Part shown: in pieces, positions 39,601-51,400 of the stretch
Layout: each line of letters opens with the position of its first letter
Position numbering within the stretch: the first letter of the stretch is position 1
Source of the DNA: a virus
Lineage: Duplodnaviria > Caudoviricetes
Strand: one strand, 5' to 3'
Virus record (IMG/VR): IMGVR_UViG_3300021431_000076
Coordinates: 64,001-128,000 of that record
DNA length: 64,000 nt
Notes under the pieces: generated by a model
The model's database searches: none
Seen by the model: only the letters and a program-made list of their open reading frames with translations
Told to the model about the DNA's origin: nothing
Made by a program: the position numbers and the translations under genes

Positions 39601-41211
39601 ATGGCTTTTCCTAATGATTTATACGTCGCCAGTACTTATTCTGGTAATTTGTATAAATATGTTGATGATGAACTAGTTGGTTCAGCAACAGTTGGTCTTG
39701 GTAATAATAAACCTCAAGCTGTTTTTGTTGCTCAAGATCAAAGATCTGTATATGTTGCTAATAGAGAAAACAATACTGTTAGCTATATTTATGATGGTAT
39801 TAATGAAGGATATATTTCTGTAGGTAAACAACCATTTTCTATTTGTGAAGATGGTTTTGGTGCAATCTATGTAAGCTGCTATGCTGATTCTACAGTATAT
39901 AAAATTGAAAAGACAGCATCTGATCCAACTACAATTACTGCTATTATCCATGTAGATTCTGGTCCAACTGGTATTTGCTGCGATAGTGATAATACAGTTT
40001 GGGTATCTTGCTCTAATAAAGGTACTGTAAATAAGATTGTTAATAACCAGGTTGTTCTTAAGATTCCTTGTGCTGATGCTACAGTAGATAATACTGTATG
40101 TCGTCCAATGGGTATCTGTTGTGATAGACTTGATAACATTTATGTTGCTTGCTATGGTACAAGTGCTGTTATCAAGATTAGAAAATCTGTAAAGATTCAG
40201 ACTTTAACTTGTGGCTCAACTCCATTTGATGTAATTACAGATTCTAATAACAATGTTTATGTATGTTCTTATCTAGAAGATACAATTTCACGTTTCTCAA
40301 TTGCTGATATTAACCATCCAACTGTTATTCAGCTTCCTGAAGGTACTGGTGCTACAGCTCTTGCTATTAATAAAAATGATGAGCTATATGTTATTGGTTC
40401 TCTTTCTAATCAGATTATTAAGATTAAAAACTCTGAAATTGTAATGACCAAGACTTCACCAACCATTACTCCTGCTGGTTTTGGTGATCCTACTGGTTGC
40501 AAAGCATATAATGTATACAACAGAGGAAATGAATCTGGGTCTACTCTAACTCCAGCAGCATCTGCAATTCAGCTCATGTCTGCTATGAAATTAGTATGCA
40601 AAGTAGATGAAGTTCAAGAAACAACTGCTATGTCTACATTCTTACTGTCAAGCGATATGATTAAGCTGTTAAGTTTTGACCATTTGAAACTTAATGGTGA
40701 AACTTGTGATAAACTTGCTGCAACAAATCAAGTTAAAGCAACCCTTCCAAATGTTCCTCTTATTGATGAACTTAAATTAGTTGGTTACTTTGATTCTGCC
40801 GAAACAGAATATGCTGAATTTACTCCAATATCATATAGTGGTGAAAATCCAACTTTCAAAATGGTAGTCGGCTCTATGTCTGGTGATACAATTACTGGAT
40901 TCTCATTTACTCCAGCATCTGATCCAAATGCTATTGCTAATGTAAATGATCAGATTAATACAATAATTGTAGAAACTCAAGCTGATGGCAATCTTTGTGT
41001 TCTAATTCCAACTCGTGTTGCTAATGAAGTGGAAAAAGGTTTAGTTGTTAATGGTATGCAGATTTATAAAGATTGGGAAGTAACCGATCCTGGTGAGCTT
41101 GCAGGTATTAATGCAGCAATTTCAACTGCTTATCCAAACTATAAACCATTTGTAAATCCATATCCTGCATATGCTGGTACTTCAGTAATCCTAAACCGTT
41201 ACAAACTTTAA
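39601..41211 (+). CDS. YncE/NHL-like beta-propeller protein
   Basis: Repeats of P.GIC.D..NxYVxC; late promoter 39548-39560. Confidence 0.7.
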   Translation: MAFPNDLYVASTYSGNLYKYVDDELVGSATVGLGNNKPQAVFVAQDQRSVYVANRENNTVSYIYDGINEGYISVGKQPFSICEDGFGAIYVSCYADSTVYKIEKTASDPTTITAIIHVDSGPTGICCDSDNTVWVSCSNKGTVNKIVNNQVVLKIPCADATVDNTVCRPMGICCDRLDNIYVACYGTSAVIKIRKSVKIQTLTCGSTPFDVITDSNNNVYVCSYLEDTISRFSIADINHPTVIQLPEGTGATALAINKNDELYVIGSLSNQIIKIKNSEIVMTKTSPTITPAGFGDPTGCKAYNVYNRGNESGSTLTPAASAIQLMSAMKLVCKVDEVQETTAMSTFLLSSDMIKLLSFDHLKLNGETCDKLAATNQVKATLPNVPLIDELKLVGYFDSAETEYAEFTPISYSGENPTFKMVVGSMSGDTITGFSFTPASDPNAIANVNDQINTIIVETQADGNLCVLIPTRVANEVEKGLVVNGMQIYKDWEVTDPGELAGINAAISTAYPNYKPFVNPYPAYAGTSVILNRYKL

Positions 41212-41273
41212 TATAATAGATCATATAATCCAGGAAAGATCATATGATCTTTCCTGGTTCTTTATGTTAAGAG

Positions 41274-42353
41274 GTGAGAATAATGTCAGCAAATAGAGGG
41301 TATAAAGTCCCTATGACAGTTGTTACTCAAGATAGTAGAGATAAATATCCTGTAGTAAACACTAATGATGTTGCTGGTGGCCTTCATTCAGTTGATACTA
41401 TAAATGATATGCTTATGATTCCATACCTTAGAAGAAAACTAGGTATGAGATGTTATGTAACTAGTTTAAGCAAAGAATATAAACTTATTTCTCATACTAG
41501 TGCAGATATTACTATTATATCTGATTGGGAAGAAATAGAAAAAGGGGTATCCCAATCAGAACTGGCTAATTATGCTCCTAAGACAGAATTAGATACATTA
41601 AAGGGTCAGGTGAATTCATTGCCTGATATGAGTCAATTTGCCACTCAGACTGAAGTACAATCAGTTCAATCTCAGATTCCTGATATGAGTCAGTATGTAA
41701 AGAAATCTGAAATATCTGTTCCAGGAACTGGTGGTGGTACTCCAACTCTTCCAGATTTTACTCAATTTGCTACTAAGACTGAGGTGCAATCAGTTCAATC
41801 TCAGATTCCTGATATGAGTCAATATGTAAAGAAATCTGAAATATCTGTTCCTTCTTCAGGTAGTGGTACTCCAACTCTTCCAGATTTTACTCAGTTTGCT
41901 ACTAAGAATGATGTACAGTCAGTAGATAATAAGACTGTTACAAATAAGAATAATCTAGCTAATCATATTATTTACACACAAGATGAATTGGACAAGCTTC
42001 AATGGCAACAAAAAGAGTTTACAGTAGAACAATCTGAAGTTCCAAAAGAAGTTACTATAGATATTAAGAATGCAAATTCTGCTTATAAATATCCTCCAGT
42101 AGAAGTATTAAAATATGATAAACTTGAAACTGCTATTACGGAAACAGTAACACTTGCTGACTTCGTAGCAAGTGAAGCAAGTCAATACGAGACTAATGAT
42201 AAAGTTACATTTGATGGTAGTTTGCATATATCTCCAGATGTTGCTATTAATATGAGTACCCCTGTCTTATTCAATTCTGGAATATATGTATCTGTAAGCG
42301 ATCCTATATCTTATGATAGAATTCAAAATGCTGCATCTATCACTATCGAATAA
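41274..42353 (+). CDS. virion appendage protein with shared N-terminal module and internal repeats
   Basis: GYKVP..DKYPV..NDVAGG.H..IP.LRRKLGM.CYV module; PD(M/F)(S/T)Q(F/Y) repeats. Confidence 0.6.
   Translation: MRIMSANRGYKVPMTVVTQDSRDKYPVVNTNDVAGGLHSVDTINDMLMIPYLRRKLGMRCYVTSLSKEYKLISHTSADITIISDWEEIEKGVSQSELANYAPKTELDTLKGQVNSLPDMSQFATQTEVQSVQSQIPDMSQYVKKSEISVPGTGGGTPTLPDFTQFATKTEVQSVQSQIPDMSQYVKKSEISVPSSGSGTPTLPDFTQFATKNDVQSVDNKTVTNKNNLANHIIYTQDELDKLQWQQKEFTVEQSEVPKEVTIDIKNANSAYKYPPVEVLKYDKLETAITETVTLADFVASEASQYETNDKVTFDGSLHISPDVAINMSTPVLFNSGIYVSVSDPISYDRIQNAASITIE
41620..41920 (+). repeat. ~129-bp imperfect in-frame tandem repeat
   Basis: aatcagttcaatctcagattcctgatatgagtca at 41659 and 41788. 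Confidence 0.85.
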
Positions 42354-42365
42354 GAGGTGATATGA

Positions 42366-44192
42366 ATGGCATCTTATGTTACCGATTCAAGAACTATAGC
42401 ATTTTATAAGTTTAATAATGCAAATACTCCGTTTTATAATTCTATATCTGGAACTGCAAATTTATTAGAACCAATAAAAAACAATTATAATTCTTCTAGT
42501 ACAAATACACCAAATTATGGTGTAATATCTCAAGAACGATACAGATCTAGAAAATCATCATATAAATTAACTCATAACGAATCTACTTCCAAATATACAG
42601 GGTTGCAATTCAATTGTTATAATTATTCATTCTATAAAAACAGCCTTAAATTTGATCAATCTGGATCAGCAACAAATTATGTTGTTACAAAAAATGAGTG
42701 GACTGTAGATTTTTGGTTATATCCTAATATATTAAATATACAACCTACAGATGATTATTATTGCCCATTTTTAAGAATATTTAGTTCAGAGTCTGATTCG
42801 GCAATAAGGAATACTTTACATAATTATTTAAAATCTCTTAAAGCTGTAGATAAATATCTGTTTAGGATAAATCAAATTCATATGTTTGCTACAAATAAAA
42901 ATATAGAAAATGCAAATACTGAATTTTATTTAAATTTTAAAGCTGTTACGTACAAAACTGTTTATAACAGTACTCAAACACAAATTGAAGTAAGTAATAG
43001 TAATAATCCATATATTAGAGATTATATAGTAGGTTTACCAATAAATAAAAATGCATGGAATCATATAGCCCTTATAAATTCAATTGAAAAAGGAATAATA
43101 ATAGCTATTAATGGTCAAATAATAAAACTTATTGAAAATTTTGACAGTAATAGAGATTATTGTTTTATGAACAATGATGATGATTATAGAATATATATAG
43201 GGAGTACTCCTTATAAATCTTTAGGAACTACAAATCAAAATAATGTCGTTGGACGTCCATCTGAAGCAATGTCATTAAATATATATAAAAATGCTGATAT
43301 TTATAAAACGGGAGTAAATGCATCTCATACACAATACCAAATATTACCAGCTAATGTAGTTCAATCTTATACTAATAATTCTTATATTGATGATTTAAGA
43401 TTCTCTCAAGCAGCTTTATGGACAGAGAACTTTATACCTCCTGGATTGATCGGCAAACAGATATTCATCTATGATGAATATGCGTATTATACTGATCCAA
43501 ATACTGGTCTTGCAACTAAACTATCATTTGCTAAATGGAATGATATATCTGATTCAGATAAATTAATTTTATTAGATAGAGTAGCATATAATTATCTGCC
43601 AGATGTAAATCAAATCAAACTTATTCAAACAGATCCAACTAAAGATATAGTATGTTTAAATTACCAACTAGATACAGTAAAACCAACGATAAATATAGAT
43701 AAAATAAATCAATCCAGATCAGAAATAGTATATCCGACTCAGTTCATGAACTATAGTACTATTCAAAATTACTTAGTGAATATAACAGCAACTGGGTCTA
43801 CTAATAATACATCTATTATACGTTTAGGAGTTACTAGAGATGGTATAATTTATTATACCTATAATGCCACTAATGCTTCATGGGTTCCATTAGATAATAG
43901 AGAAGATGTTATTACAAATGGTATATTGATAAACTCTCTACAATATATTCCTAAATCTGCTTGGATACAATTTGATTTATCTAAATTTGCATTTGCTATT
44001 GCATTAACAAGAACAAACGATTCAGATCCTTGTAAGATTGATGATATAAAATTAAAAGTTAATCTAGAAGAAAAGTGGGTTAAAGCTAACAAAGAGAATC
44101 AAGTTAAATATAAATATGTAGGTCCTACTATGTTGAAAATAACTTTCCTAGAAGATGGAAATTATAAAGTAACTTATAATGATAGGGGGTGA
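42366..44192 (+). CDS. LamG/ConA-like tail appendage protein (paralog 1)
   Basis: WTVDFW..WNHIAL..YIDDLRFS..WTENFIPP; C-terminal FLEDGNYKVTY. Confidence 0.65.
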   Translation: MASYVTDSRTIAFYKFNNANTPFYNSISGTANLLEPIKNNYNSSSTNTPNYGVISQERYRSRKSSYKLTHNESTSKYTGLQFNCYNYSFYKNSLKFDQSGSATNYVVTKNEWTVDFWLYPNILNIQPTDDYYCPFLRIFSSESDSAIRNTLHNYLKSLKAVDKYLFRINQIHMFATNKNIENANTEFYLNFKAVTYKTVYNSTQTQIEVSNSNNPYIRDYIVGLPINKNAWNHIALINSIEKGIIIAINGQIIKLIENFDSNRDYCFMNNDDDYRIYIGSTPYKSLGTTNQNNVVGRPSEAMSLNIYKNADIYKTGVNASHTQYQILPANVVQSYTNNSYIDDLRFSQAALWTENFIPPGLIGKQIFIYDEYAYYTDPNTGLATKLSFAKWNDISDSDKLILLDRVAYNYLPDVNQIKLIQTDPTKDIVCLNYQLDTVKPTINIDKINQSRSEIVYPTQFMNYSTIQNYLVNITATGSTNNTSIIRLGVTRDGIIYYTYNATNASWVPLDNREDVITNGILINSLQYIPKSAWIQFDLSKFAFAIALTRTNDSDPCKIDDIKLKVNLEEKWVKANKENQVKYKYVGPTMLKITFLEDGNYKVTYNDRG

Positions 44193-45939
44193 AATAGGTA
44201 TGGATTATAAAATGGAAAATCTTTCTTCTTCTATAAGAAGATCTATATATAATTTTGAATCTAGTTGGAGTTTAAATGATATTCCTCCATTAGGAGAATT
44301 ATCAAATTATAATATAGGTCTTACTGTAAATGACAAGAATAAAATATCACTTACATCTTCCAATGTAAAATTTGGCACTTGTTGTCTTAAATTAAATTCA
44401 GGAGCTTGTGTATACAGTGATGGTATATTCAAAGATACTCAAGACAATATAAACTTTGCTAATAGAGAATTCACTATAGACTTTTGGGTTTATTGCGAAA
44501 AATCCTATGCTCAATTTGATCCTAGTACAGATTTATCTAAATCTAATATCTTTACAGAGAAATGCACTAATCCATATCTATTTGTATATGGTATGAAAGA
44601 CCCTATCTTTAGTTATCTTAAAGAAGATAAGAATGGATATAGATATATCCCACAAGTATTTGCTTTAGGATATAATTCTGTTACAGAGAAAGCATATATA
44701 TTAGTATTTAGGTCTAAAGTATATCAGCTTCAATCAGGACAAACTGTACCAGAGAATTCTACAAAATTCACTGTGAATGGTGGAGAATATTATGTAGATG
44801 GTGTACAAAATATATTTACAAATGAACATGACCCATATCAAATTTATGAATGCAATATGTCAGCTTATCAATGGCATCATATCACTTTCTCTTATAGTAA
44901 ATCTAATGGTGCTGGTATTTATATAGATTATGGAAATCCAGTAAATTCTAAAGGATTCAGTGTTTCTTGGGCTTCTACTTTCAATTATCCTCCTGATGAA
45001 CAAGGACCGTCTATTGCATTTGGTAATTATGGTAAATCTTATTTTAGAGGACAAGATGCATTCTTCTCTATAGGAAATCATTCTGTACCATATGCTCAAG
45101 ATTGGTTAGAATGGGAAAGATCAAATTCTGCTTTATATAAAAACTATGGGGTTATTCATATAGATCAACTTAGGGTTACTGATAGTAGTTTATCTATAGT
45201 TCCAGAAAAGAGAATAGCAGTAGTAAATAATGATGCATACGGAATGGTGAATGGAAATCTTATACAACTAGCAACTAATTGGAGTACTTTGTCTTCTGAT
45301 CAAAGATTGAGTTGCTATCAAATAGTAGACACTGAATCTCAATTTGATGCAGATGATTTGAAAGATTTAGTATTAGATAATACATATGAACTTAGAATAG
45401 AATCATATACTCCAGAATATACCAATACCAAAACTGTTTTGAGAACAGATTCAGATCATAGAGCTGTAGTAGAACCTAAAAAATTATGGGATATAGGAGT
45501 ATTTGGAGAAATTGAACAAATGACTGTAGATTTCAATATAGAGAATAATGGTAAAATAATGGTTGCTCCTACTAATGATTTAGTTAACGGAGTATACTTT
45601 GGATATGATTTCTCTTTATATCAATGGAAACCTATAGCAGCATCAGAAATAGAAACTAAAGGTATACAAGCAAATCAATTAGGAGCTATTCCTAAAATTT
45701 CTTGGAGTACATTAGGAAAGAATTTGGCATTTGGATATTATATAGAAGCTGAAGAAGAAGGAGTAGATGTAGCTGAATTAAATTCTATAGATGCAGTATG
45801 TACTATAGATACTATACAAGAAGAAGCTAGTTTTGTAACTGATGTAGAATACTCTTATTTATCTTTTGATAAACTACTAGTCAAATTTTTAAATAAAGGA
45901 AATTATAAAGTAACCTATTATGATAAGGAGGGGATCTAA
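44179..45939 (+). CDS. LamG/ConA-like tail appendage protein (paralog 2; start may be ATG 44200)
   Basis: FTIDFW..WHHITF..HIDQLRV; C-terminal FLNKGNYKVTY. Confidence 0.65.
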   Translation: MIGGEIGMDYKMENLSSSIRRSIYNFESSWSLNDIPPLGELSNYNIGLTVNDKNKISLTSSNVKFGTCCLKLNSGACVYSDGIFKDTQDNINFANREFTIDFWVYCEKSYAQFDPSTDLSKSNIFTEKCTNPYLFVYGMKDPIFSYLKEDKNGYRYIPQVFALGYNSVTEKAYILVFRSKVYQLQSGQTVPENSTKFTVNGGEYYVDGVQNIFTNEHDPYQIYECNMSAYQWHHITFSYSKSNGAGIYIDYGNPVNSKGFSVSWASTFNYPPDEQGPSIAFGNYGKSYFRGQDAFFSIGNHSVPYAQDWLEWERSNSALYKNYGVIHIDQLRVTDSSLSIVPEKRIAVVNNDAYGMVNGNLIQLATNWSTLSSDQRLSCYQIVDTESQFDADDLKDLVLDNTYELRIESYTPEYTNTKTVLRTDSDHRAVVEPKKLWDIGVFGEIEQMTVDFNIENNGKIMVAPTNDLVNGVYFGYDFSLYQWKPIAASEIETKGIQANQLGAIPKISWSTLGKNLAFGYYIEAEEEGVDVAELNSIDAVCTIDTIQEEASFVTDVEYSYLSFDKLLVKFLNKGNYKVTYYDKEGI

Positions 45940-47763
45940 ATGTCTGGCATCAATCCAACAGAGTCTACCCTCTCTTTACTTAAATTCAATGATAAAAACC
46001 AATGGGGAAGAGAATCCATATCGAATTCTCCATTTGTATGGGAAAATTTAGCAATTAAAGATGGAGGTTATTATGGTAATATTTATGATCTAACTGTAGA
46101 TCATATAGGAGATTCTTTTACTGATGTTTCTGGTGGTCTTGGTTCAAAATATATTTCTAGAACCAAAGGTAAAGTATTAAAAGAATATTCATGCATATAT
46201 GCTAAATTACCTGATACATCATATGCTTCAATGACTGTAGAATTCTGGGTATATCTAGGATTTAATCCAACTAATACCACAGAAAAAGGAACTCTTCTAA
46301 ATTATAACTATTTTATGACTGATTATTATCCAACAGGAGCTGGATTGTTTGAACTGAATGTTCATAATGCAATAAATGGAAGAAGAGTATTCAATGCTGG
46401 TGGAAATAATTCTATATATTCTGTAAATGAATATCACTGGATGACATATAATACTTCTACTTATAAACAATGGGCATGGCCATTATTAGTATATCTAGCA
46501 TATTCTGCTGTTACTAAGAAATTTATGTACAGAGTTCCTAATAATATAGAAGTTGTAGAAACTAGTGGTGGTACAAAAGGCGGTAAATTAGTTCAAAGCT
46601 ATAAACACTATGAAACACTTGGTGTATACCCTCCTAATCATTGGTATCATATTGCTATTACTATGACAAGCTCTAGTGTATGCTTATTTATAAATGGTAA
46701 GAAAGCTGGAACTGGATTATCTATTTCAAATTCATCTTCTGGATCTACTTCTGGTACAACATATCAGAATAGATTACAATTTATGCAAACATCAGATTAT
46801 CATTTCTCTATAGGAAATAGAATGACTCCATCATACACATTATCCAGAGATGAGCAGATAGCATTCAATAATACTTTATCAAAGAATTATGCACCTTTTA
46901 GATTTTGGAATTGGAATGGTGGTACTGATCCAAATGTATTTGATCCACAGTATGATCAGACATACTATATTGATGATGTTAGAATATCTAATGGTGTTAT
47001 ATATACTGGAAACTTTAGACCACCAGGATTCCCAGGAATTCAATTATTAAATAACAATGATAAGATATATGCATATGATGATTCAACTTATTCATTTACT
47101 TTAATAACAGATAAATGGTCTACTAGGACAGATGCTGAAAAGAAAGCAATAGTAGATAGTATAGCTTTTATAGATTTAAACTTGGAAGATATTCAATCTG
47201 TTACTAATATAGGAGATAATCCAACTATAGAAGTATATAGGGATAGCAATGAACAAGTTACTTGTGAAATGCCAGTAAATGTATATGAAACTACTGTGGA
47301 ACCAAGTACTCTTATTCCTCTATATTCAAAAGAAAAAGATATCAATAAAATAGAGTTTGAACACTCCTTATCAGAAAAATCATATATAAAGGTATTGATT
47401 ACCGATTCAATAATTTCAGGTGCACAAGAATATAAGACGTATAATTTCACTACAAACGATTGGGAAACATGTGATATAGCTGATATATCTACAAATGGAA
47501 TTGATATAGATTCTGTTAAAGATATTCCGTCTTCTAAACTTATGGAACTTGGTTATGATATAGGATTTGCGTACTTCTTGCATTTAGAACCATATAAATC
47601 TGATTGTGAGATAAATAAGATTAATGTTAATCTTACTATGTCGAATGCATGGAAACATTGTAATCAGCTTAAAGCAAACTATGAATATACCATGTTTAAT
47701 AGACTTAGAGTCGTTTTCTATGAAGATGGTAAATATAAAGTGAATTATATGGACAAACCATAA
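45940..47763 (+). CDS. LamG/ConA-like tail appendage protein (paralog 3)
   Basis: MTVEFW..WYHIAI..YIDDVRIS..YTGNFRPP; C-terminal FYEDGKYKVNY. Confidence 0.65.
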   Translation: MSGINPTESTLSLLKFNDKNQWGRESISNSPFVWENLAIKDGGYYGNIYDLTVDHIGDSFTDVSGGLGSKYISRTKGKVLKEYSCIYAKLPDTSYASMTVEFWVYLGFNPTNTTEKGTLLNYNYFMTDYYPTGAGLFELNVHNAINGRRVFNAGGNNSIYSVNEYHWMTYNTSTYKQWAWPLLVYLAYSAVTKKFMYRVPNNIEVVETSGGTKGGKLVQSYKHYETLGVYPPNHWYHIAITMTSSSVCLFINGKKAGTGLSISNSSSGSTSGTTYQNRLQFMQTSDYHFSIGNRMTPSYTLSRDEQIAFNNTLSKNYAPFRFWNWNGGTDPNVFDPQYDQTYYIDDVRISNGVIYTGNFRPPGFPGIQLLNNNDKIYAYDDSTYSFTLITDKWSTRTDAEKKAIVDSIAFIDLNLEDIQSVTNIGDNPTIEVYRDSNEQVTCEMPVNVYETTVEPSTLIPLYSKEKDINKIEFEHSLSEKSYIKVLITDSIISGAQEYKTYNFTTNDWETCDIADISTNGIDIDSVKDIPSSKLMELGYDIGFAYFLHLEPYKSDCEINKINVNLTMSNAWKHCNQLKANYEYTMFNRLRVVFYEDGKYKVNYMDKP

Positions 47764-47778
47764 GAGAGGAGGAATAAC

Positions 47779-48354
47779 ATGGCATCTGAAATTAAGAAAG
47801 GATATAGAATACCTGCACCATTAACTACATTAAATTCTTCTCAAGAATATCCTGTAGCTGATATGGAAGATATTGCAGGAGGTTATCATATCGTAAAAAA
47901 TACAAACGAAATGTTTAATATTCCTCGCTTACATAGAAGAGTAGGAATGGTTTGTTATATACGAGATGAAGACCAAGAGTATAGATTAATAATCAATGCT
48001 AGTACAGATAAGACTACAGCTATAAACTGGATAAAGATTACAACTCCTGGAGGATCTGGAAGTGGAGGCTCAGTAGACTTATCTAATTATGTAACCAGAA
48101 CTCTATTTGATCCAGTTAAAGCCAAAGTAGATGATTTACCAGATATGGCTACAATGGCTACTAAAGCGGATGTACAGATAGCAAAGAATGGTGTAGTAAA
48201 ATATATAGATAATAAGACAGCTAATATGGCTACAATGGCAGATATACCAGATATTTCTCCATTCTTAACCCAGCCTCAAATAGAAGAACTTATCGACGAA
48301 TCAGATGATGATGATGACGTTACTCAAAGTGAAATAGATGCTCTATTTAATTAA
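47779..48354 (+). CDS. virion protein with shared N-terminal module
   Basis: Same N-module as 41274 and 48445; C-terminus DVTQSEIDALF matches DVTQTEINALF of ORF 3670. Confidence 0.6.
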   Translation: MASEIKKGYRIPAPLTTLNSSQEYPVADMEDIAGGYHIVKNTNEMFNIPRLHRRVGMVCYIRDEDQEYRLIINASTDKTTAINWIKITTPGGSGSGGSVDLSNYVTRTLFDPVKAKVDDLPDMATMATKADVQIAKNGVVKYIDNKTANMATMADIPDISPFLTQPQIEELIDESDDDDDVTQSEIDALFN

Positions 48355-48444
48355 TAAAAATAAGAAGTCCGGAGTATAACACTCCGGACTTATAAATAAG
48401 TGATTCTAGACAATCCTTAATTTAGAAGAAAGGATGATATATTA

Positions 48445-51400
48445 ATGGCTAAAAATAAAGGATATTTAGTTCCTGGTATAGTCAAGACATTAGATGACAG
48501 AGATAAATATCCTGTGGCTGATGTTAATGACGTAGCAGGTGCACGACATATTGTGCAAACAGATGCCGAAAGACTAGCTATTCCTAAACTCCGTCGTAAA
48601 ATCGGTATGGAATGCTATGTCGCTGGCACTGGTATGCTTTATAAACTTACAAATGATCCAGCTACTGATAGTACTACAGTAAATGATTGGTCCGAAGAAA
48701 AAATTCTTACTGCTGCTGAAGTGGCTCAGTTTGTTACTACGACTAATTTAACTTCTAAACTTTCTCTTTATGCTCTTAAGACAGATCTTCCAGACTTGTC
48801 TCAGTATGCTACACTAGCTACCACTTCTCTTGCTAATTATTATGTAAAGTCTGATACTTACAGCAAGACCGAAGCAGACAATGAATTTGTTAAGAAAACA
48901 GACCTTCCTAAATTTGATAAAATTATTGTAGCATTAAAGAGACCAGATATTATCAGTGTAAACTATAACACCGATATTAAAGATATTACACTACCAACTG
49001 ATATTGATGTAACTTATGCAAATGGTTCTGCAGCTACACTTCCAGTAGTATGGGAAAAATCTACTTACAATAAAACTGCTTCTGGAGTACAAATTTTACT
49101 TGGTACCCTGACTTTACCAACAGGCACCAAGAATGCTATCGTCAACGTAATCCAGCATATTATTGTAGGTCCAGAACTACATGTTATTGACCATATCATT
49201 GGTACTGTTCCTGTACCAATTACAGCTGAATATGATGCTCCATTTGATAAGCTTGGTCTACCAACTAGAATGCAAGTAGAATACGTTGATGGTACTACTG
49301 GATATCTAGATATAGACTGGAGTGGAGCAGTATCTTCTTATAATCCTAAAGAGGTAAATGTTCAGACACTTACTGGTACATTCTTGCTACCAACTAGTGT
49401 ACAGCAACCATCTACTCCTGTAGAACCAGAAGTAGAAGTTCAGGCTAGGATTAAACCTCTTAAGATTATATCTGATGCATCTATGGTTATGCCTCTTGTT
49501 ATTGAAGGTACATTATTTGATGCTGCTGGTTTCCCAACTTCTAATACTGTAACACTTGAAGATAACTCTACAACCACTTTAAATATTAAATGGAACAAAG
49601 GCTCATATAATCCATTTGATATAGGAAGACAGTATCTTACTGGTGAATATGTGTTAGTAGATGGTATTGTTAATGATGATGATGTAACTCCAGATATAAT
49701 CTTTGAAGTTGGTACTCCACCAGATATTTGTCAAGTAATTGATCCAGATCCAGTATTTACTGGAATTGGTGTAAATGCTGCAAATTTGACACTTCCACCA
49801 TCTGTAACTGTTAAAGTACTTGCTTATGATGGTACTATAACAACAGCTTCTGCTAATGTAAATTGGAACTTAAATCCATATAATGCTACTACTGAACCAA
49901 ATGGTACTACATATGATAAGAATGTTCCAGGTTCTTATTATATCTATGGTACTTTAGTACCTCCTGCTGGTGTTACTAATAAAACCAATCTTGATACTGA
50001 AATCGTTGTAAATGTAACTGCTGGTGTAACTTATTCTGTAAAGAATGATGTTATCGAAACCCACGCAGATCTACCAAATGGTTCAACACTAGCTGATATT
50101 GTTAAACCTTCTTCTGTAACAGTAGAACTTGTTGGATCTGATGGAACTACTTCCACAGATACTGCTAATGTTACTTGGAGTGCTGCTGATACAGTTCCAG
50201 CATTCGATGGTACTAAAGCAGGTACTTATACTTGGTATAGTGATCCATTTGCTGATACTGCAAACTATACCAACCCTGGTCAGAAGAGAGTTAAACTTGA
50301 CGTAACTGTACAAGCTCCTGTTACAGTTGTATATACATTAGAAACAGTTGGCCAATCTATTGGAACAAGTGCTACATTAACAGAAGGAGATACTTACACA
50401 GAAGCTTCTCTCAATTTGCCTAATGGTACAAATGTAACAGTAAAACGTTCTGATACTCAAGAAATTAAAACATATATTGCACCAATAGTTTCTTGGAATA
50501 AGAGTAATTTAGATAGTAATGACGATGGAGTAGTAGATTCTAATATTGCTTCTTCTTCTCCAATAGAAATTTATGGTTCTATTGATTTAGGCAATATTAT
50601 TTCTGGAGTAGCAGTAAAGAATCCTAATGGTTTAACTTATATTAATAAAGTACAAGTAAATGCAGCTCCTCCAACTCCAGTTACTCGTAATACTATTAAA
50701 GGATTAGCAACTCCCATTCCTGAAGTGACAAATGGTATGACAGTTCCATTTAATGGTAACGTAAATGATATCATTACCCAGCTATCTACTTCTTATCCAA
50801 CAATAGATCTTGAATATGGTGATGGTACAAATCCAGACTCTATTATTACTGGTATTGCTGTTACTTGGTCTGCTGATCCATTAGCTGATACTTCTAGTGC
50901 TAATAGCACTTTCAATGTATATGGTAATGTAGATCTTACTGCATTAGAGAATGGTTCTACTCCTATCTATAATGATCTGAATTTCATTCCTATTAAGATT
51001 CAGGTTACTGTAGGTGCAGCTCCTGTTGTTAAGACTTTTGAATCATTTGAATATGTTCCAGCTAGTGCTGCTACAGTTAATGTGGCTTATGGTACTGCTG
51101 AGAATGATATCACTGGTTTACCATCTACAATCAAAGTAAATTGTGTTGAAGATGGTAGCAATAATAGTCATACACTTAATATTACTGGTTGGACTAGCAC
51201 AAACTATGATCCAACAACTCCAGGGGATTATGTATTCACACCAACCATCAATATGACTTCTGATAGCAATAATGTTGATATTAGCGATCATACTGGCAAT
51301 CCAACTGTTCCAACTGTAACAGTTACAGTAGGTTCTGCTCCAGTTACTGGTACAACATATCTGACCTCTGAATATACTGTTCCAAGTGATAGAGTAACTC

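Noticed and set aside
48409-48420. Late promoter candidates at 48409, 53371 and 38431
   Set aside because: The spacer is 5 rather than 6 nt, so they were not counted, although they may be variants.
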